Shown here in pieces: positions 36,532 through 38,662 of a stretch of 38,662 nucleotides of DNA (the first letter of the stretch is position 1; every line of letters starts with the position of its first letter). Position numbers and translations under genes: made by a program. Origin of the DNA: a virus. Lineage: Duplodnaviria > Heunggongvirae > Uroviricota > Caudoviricetes. Below the pieces are notes generated by a model. That model worked only from the letters and a program-made list of their open reading frames with translations. It was not told the DNA's origin and did no database searches. The stretch lies in IMG/VR virus record IMGVR_UViG_2695420482_000015, one strand, 5' to 3'.

Positions 36532-36747
36532 ATGGCTGACATACTCAGGGAAATCACCGCATGGACACTGATTCTTACTGGCCTGGCGACATGCCTCAGT
36601 GCGGGGGCAGCCCTGGCTGCCCTGCTGATGCACATAACAACACAGTGGTTATGGGAAAAGCTTAAAGCAGCATACAGCCTGAAAGAGCTGTCCGACGCTG
36701 TCCGGGCATGGAAACGGCAGAAAAATACCGGAGATACAGAACAATGA
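36532..36747 (+). CDS. Small membrane protein
   Basis: 71 aa with one hydrophobic helix. Confidence 0.45.
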   Translation: MADILREITAWTLILTGLATCLSAGAALAALLMHITTQWLWEKLKAAYSLKELSDAVRAWKRQKNTGDTEQ

Positions 36748-37427
36748 CAGACCAGAATAAACACATTGAGAAACTGAAAAAGTTGCTGGCGCTGGCCGCA
36801 TCCGGCAACCCGCACGAGGCCGCTCTGGCACTGCGCCGAGCCCGTAAACTGATGGATGTTCACGGCATCACACATTCCGACATTGCTATGAGTGATATTG
36901 ATGAAACCATCAGTCACTACTGGCCGACAGGCAGTCTCCGTCCACCGCGCTACATGCTGGGCCTGATGAACATCATCCGCGAGGTATTTGGTGTTAACTC
37001 CATCATTCACCCCGGCACGCATCCGTCTGTGGGGTTCTACGGCAACCGGGAACGTGCGGCACTGGCTGCATACACCTGGGAAGTGCTGGCCCGTCAGCTG
37101 AAAAAGGCGCGTCAGCAGTATATCAGTGCACAGAACAAAAGAATAAAAACCGCCACCCGCACCAGCCGTGGAGACCAGTTTGCCGAAGGCTGGGTGCTGG
37201 CCGTTATCAGTGAAATACAGTCCTTTGCCCTGACCGATGATGAGCGTGAACTGATGCAGCAGTGGCTGGAACATAAATACCCGCAGACGCAAACCACCAG
37301 GGCGCGTAAACCGGGAAGAAGCCGCAATGGCGACGCCTCGCGCTATGCGGGGTTTCGTGAAGGGCAGAACGTCAGACTGCACCGCCCGGTCAGTGGGCAG
37401 GAACAACAGAAACTGGAGGCCAGATGA
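36744..37427 (+). CDS. Conserved phage protein
   Basis: Start at internal ATG (MTDQNKHIEKLKKLLALA…) overlapping the upstream stop; ~227 aa. Confidence 0.5.
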   Translation: MTDQNKHIEKLKKLLALAASGNPHEAALALRRARKLMDVHGITHSDIAMSDIDETISHYWPTGSLRPPRYMLGLMNIIREVFGVNSIIHPGTHPSVGFYGNRERAALAAYTWEVLARQLKKARQQYISAQNKRIKTATRTSRGDQFAEGWVLAVISEIQSFALTDDERELMQQWLEHKYPQTQTTRARKPGRSRNGDASRYAGFREGQNVRLHRPVSGQEQQKLEAR

Positions 37428-37654
37428 TTACGCTATCAGGTAAAAGCCGGAAATTAAAAGCCTGCCGAATATCTGCCAGATACCTTTTTGCCCGCGCCTT
37501 TTTTAAGAACGTCAGGCCGGGGATCACAATTGGTGTTATTGCCGGACGCGAACAGGTTGAAAAATACATGTCAGGTGCATGGTGGAATAACGACCCTGTC
37601 ATTGCTGCCCGTAATATTCATATCGAATGGGGAGGTATTCAGAATGACTACTGA
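37424..37654 (+). CDS. Hypothetical small early protein
   Basis: 76 aa ORF. Confidence 0.4.
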   Translation: MITLSGKSRKLKACRISARYLFARAFFKNVRPGITIGVIAGREQVEKYMSGAWWNNDPVIAARNIHIEWGGIQNDY

Positions 37655-37850
37655 AACCATTGTCTGTTTTCTTTTCTGGTATATGTACGCAGGATCATGC
37701 AGCGCAAGACTTCATCGTTCCCTGGGCTATGGCAGGCACTACGACACCGCGCATTACATCCTGTACATGACCGCCGTCATGTTGTTCTGGCCAGTCCCCC
37801 TGCCAGCTGCAACCGACATTGTTGCCGACAGACTGAAAAAAAGGAGATGA
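37644..37850 (+). CDS. Small membrane protein
   Basis: 68 aa from internal Met (MTTETIVCFLFWYMYAG…), two hydrophobic segments. Confidence 0.4.
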   Translation: MTTETIVCFLFWYMYAGSCSARLHRSLGYGRHYDTAHYILYMTAVMLFWPVPLPAATDIVADRLKKRR

Positions 37851-37851
37851 T

Positions 37852-38301
37852 ATGCAGAAAAAACGCCTGATACAGCTTATCCATATTGCCCGTAATGAAC
37901 TGGGTATGGATGAAGACACCTACCGCCAGATGTTACAGGGGCTGACCGGTAAAGCCTCAACCAAAGGAATGGATACCACACAACTAAACTGCGTGCTGGA
38001 ATCCATGAAAAAGAAAGGCTTTCGCGTTAAACCAGCCAGAAAAGCCAGCTCCGGTTTACCGCTTGATAACCATCCGCAGTCCAGGAAAATTCGTGCGCTA
38101 TGGCTTGAAATGGCTGCTGCCGGCATTGTTCGTGACCGTTCAGAAAATGCATTAGCGAGGTGGATCAAGCGGGAAACGGGCATCAGCGCCCTGCGCTGGC
38201 TCAGTACTGAACAGGCAAGCAGTGTTATTGAGAAACTGAAGAAGTGGCAGCGCAGAGCTGCGGGAGTCAAACATGAGCGACCTGAATCAGTTTCGAAGTA
38301 A
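37852..38301 (+). CDS. gemA: GemA-like regulatory protein (Mu gp16-like)
   Basis: 149 aa; N-terminal LIQLIHIARNELGMDEDTYRQMLQGLTGKAS pattern typical of Mu GemA-family proteins; immediately upstream of mor. Confidence 0.75.
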   Translation: MQKKRLIQLIHIARNELGMDEDTYRQMLQGLTGKASTKGMDTTQLNCVLESMKKKGFRVKPARKASSGLPLDNHPQSRKIRALWLEMAAAGIVRDRSENALARWIKRETGISALRWLSTEQASSVIEKLKKWQRRAAGVKHERPESVSK

Positions 38302-38662
38302 GGGGCCGGAACTCCTGGTGGAACTGGCACAGCATACCTCTGAGACCGTTCGCGAGATTATTGATATTGAGCCCGAAGTTGCCGACCAGATTGGTCAGGC
38401 CGTCGCGAACCGAATGATGCAGGTCTGGGGCGGGCAAAACGTTTATTTCCCGATGGGCATGGTATGGAAGGTCAGTCAGCGCGACCGGGAAATCTTCAGG
38501 GAGTTTAACGGACGCAACCACCACGAACTGGCCCGCAAATTTGGTGTTTCGCTTCAGTGGGTCTACAGCGTGGTTAAGCGGGTAAGAAAAGAAGAACTGG
38601 ATCGGATGCAGGGCAAGCTATTTGCTGATGAACCCGATGCAGATACGGAGAAAAAAGAGTAA
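38273..38662 (+). CDS. mor: Middle operon regulator Mor-like transcription activator
   Basis: 129 aa (same length as Mu Mor) with C-terminal HTH (ELARKFGVSLQWVYSVVKR); stop codon is the last triplet of the window. Confidence 0.8.
   Translation: MSDLNQFRSKGPELLVELAQHTSETVREIIDIEPEVADQIGQAVANRMMQVWGGQNVYFPMGMVWKVSQRDREIFREFNGRNHHELARKFGVSLQWVYSVVKRVRKEELDRMQGKLFADEPDADTEKKE

Larger units (their letters stand above)
1513..38662 (-). mobile_element. Mu-like transposable prophage (BcepMu-like divergent organisation), right end in window, left end beyond window
   Basis: Contiguous phage gene set: gin, invertible fibre segment, tail, head, lysis, repressor, ner-like, DDE transposase, MuB-like ATPase, gam, gemA, mor. 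Host ORF frame is broken at ~1513-1521. Phage-side terminus reads ...AGAGTGCA-3' (Mu-type TG/CA end). Confidence 0.85.

Noticed and set aside
36405-37406. 333-aa minus-strand ORF
   Set aside because: Antisense across several small early genes that have coupled starts and stops on the plus strand; Cys/His/Arg-rich shadow ORF.
1-38662. CRISPR arrays, rRNA or tRNA genes
   Set aside because: No regularly spaced short direct repeats and no long non-coding stretch with tRNA/rRNA character; the only tandem repeat (4296..4967) is protein-coding.

Overview
Apart from the first ~1.5 kb, this window is the body of a Mu-like transposable prophage, read from the ORF translations and my reading of the sequence; no searches were run. 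The prophage has inserted into a host GH65 glycoside phosphorylase gene (ycjT-like, 1..~1518, minus strand) and runs past the right edge of the window. Layout: right end and gin invertase (1572..2144), a ~2 kb Gin-invertible tail-fibre segment (~2201..4199), a P2/Mu-type tail and Mu-type head module on the minus strand (3723..24280), a lysis cassette (24591..26629), then an AT-rich accessory island (26877..30330) holding a Dam-like methyltransferase, a two-gene operon (NdpA/YejK-like protein plus a 2-TM membrane protein) and an XRE-type repressor. A divergent early operon follows on the plus strand (ner-like, DDE transposase, MuB-like ATPase, gam, MazG-like, gemA, mor). Early and late operons are divergent, which resembles BcepMu-family phages rather than Mu itself; this is from memory of that family. 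The best candidate for an undescribed system is the NdpA-like/2-TM operon at 27637..29852, which I cannot assign to any named defence system. No rRNA, tRNA or CRISPR array was recognised. Coordinates of sites read by eye may be off by a few bases.
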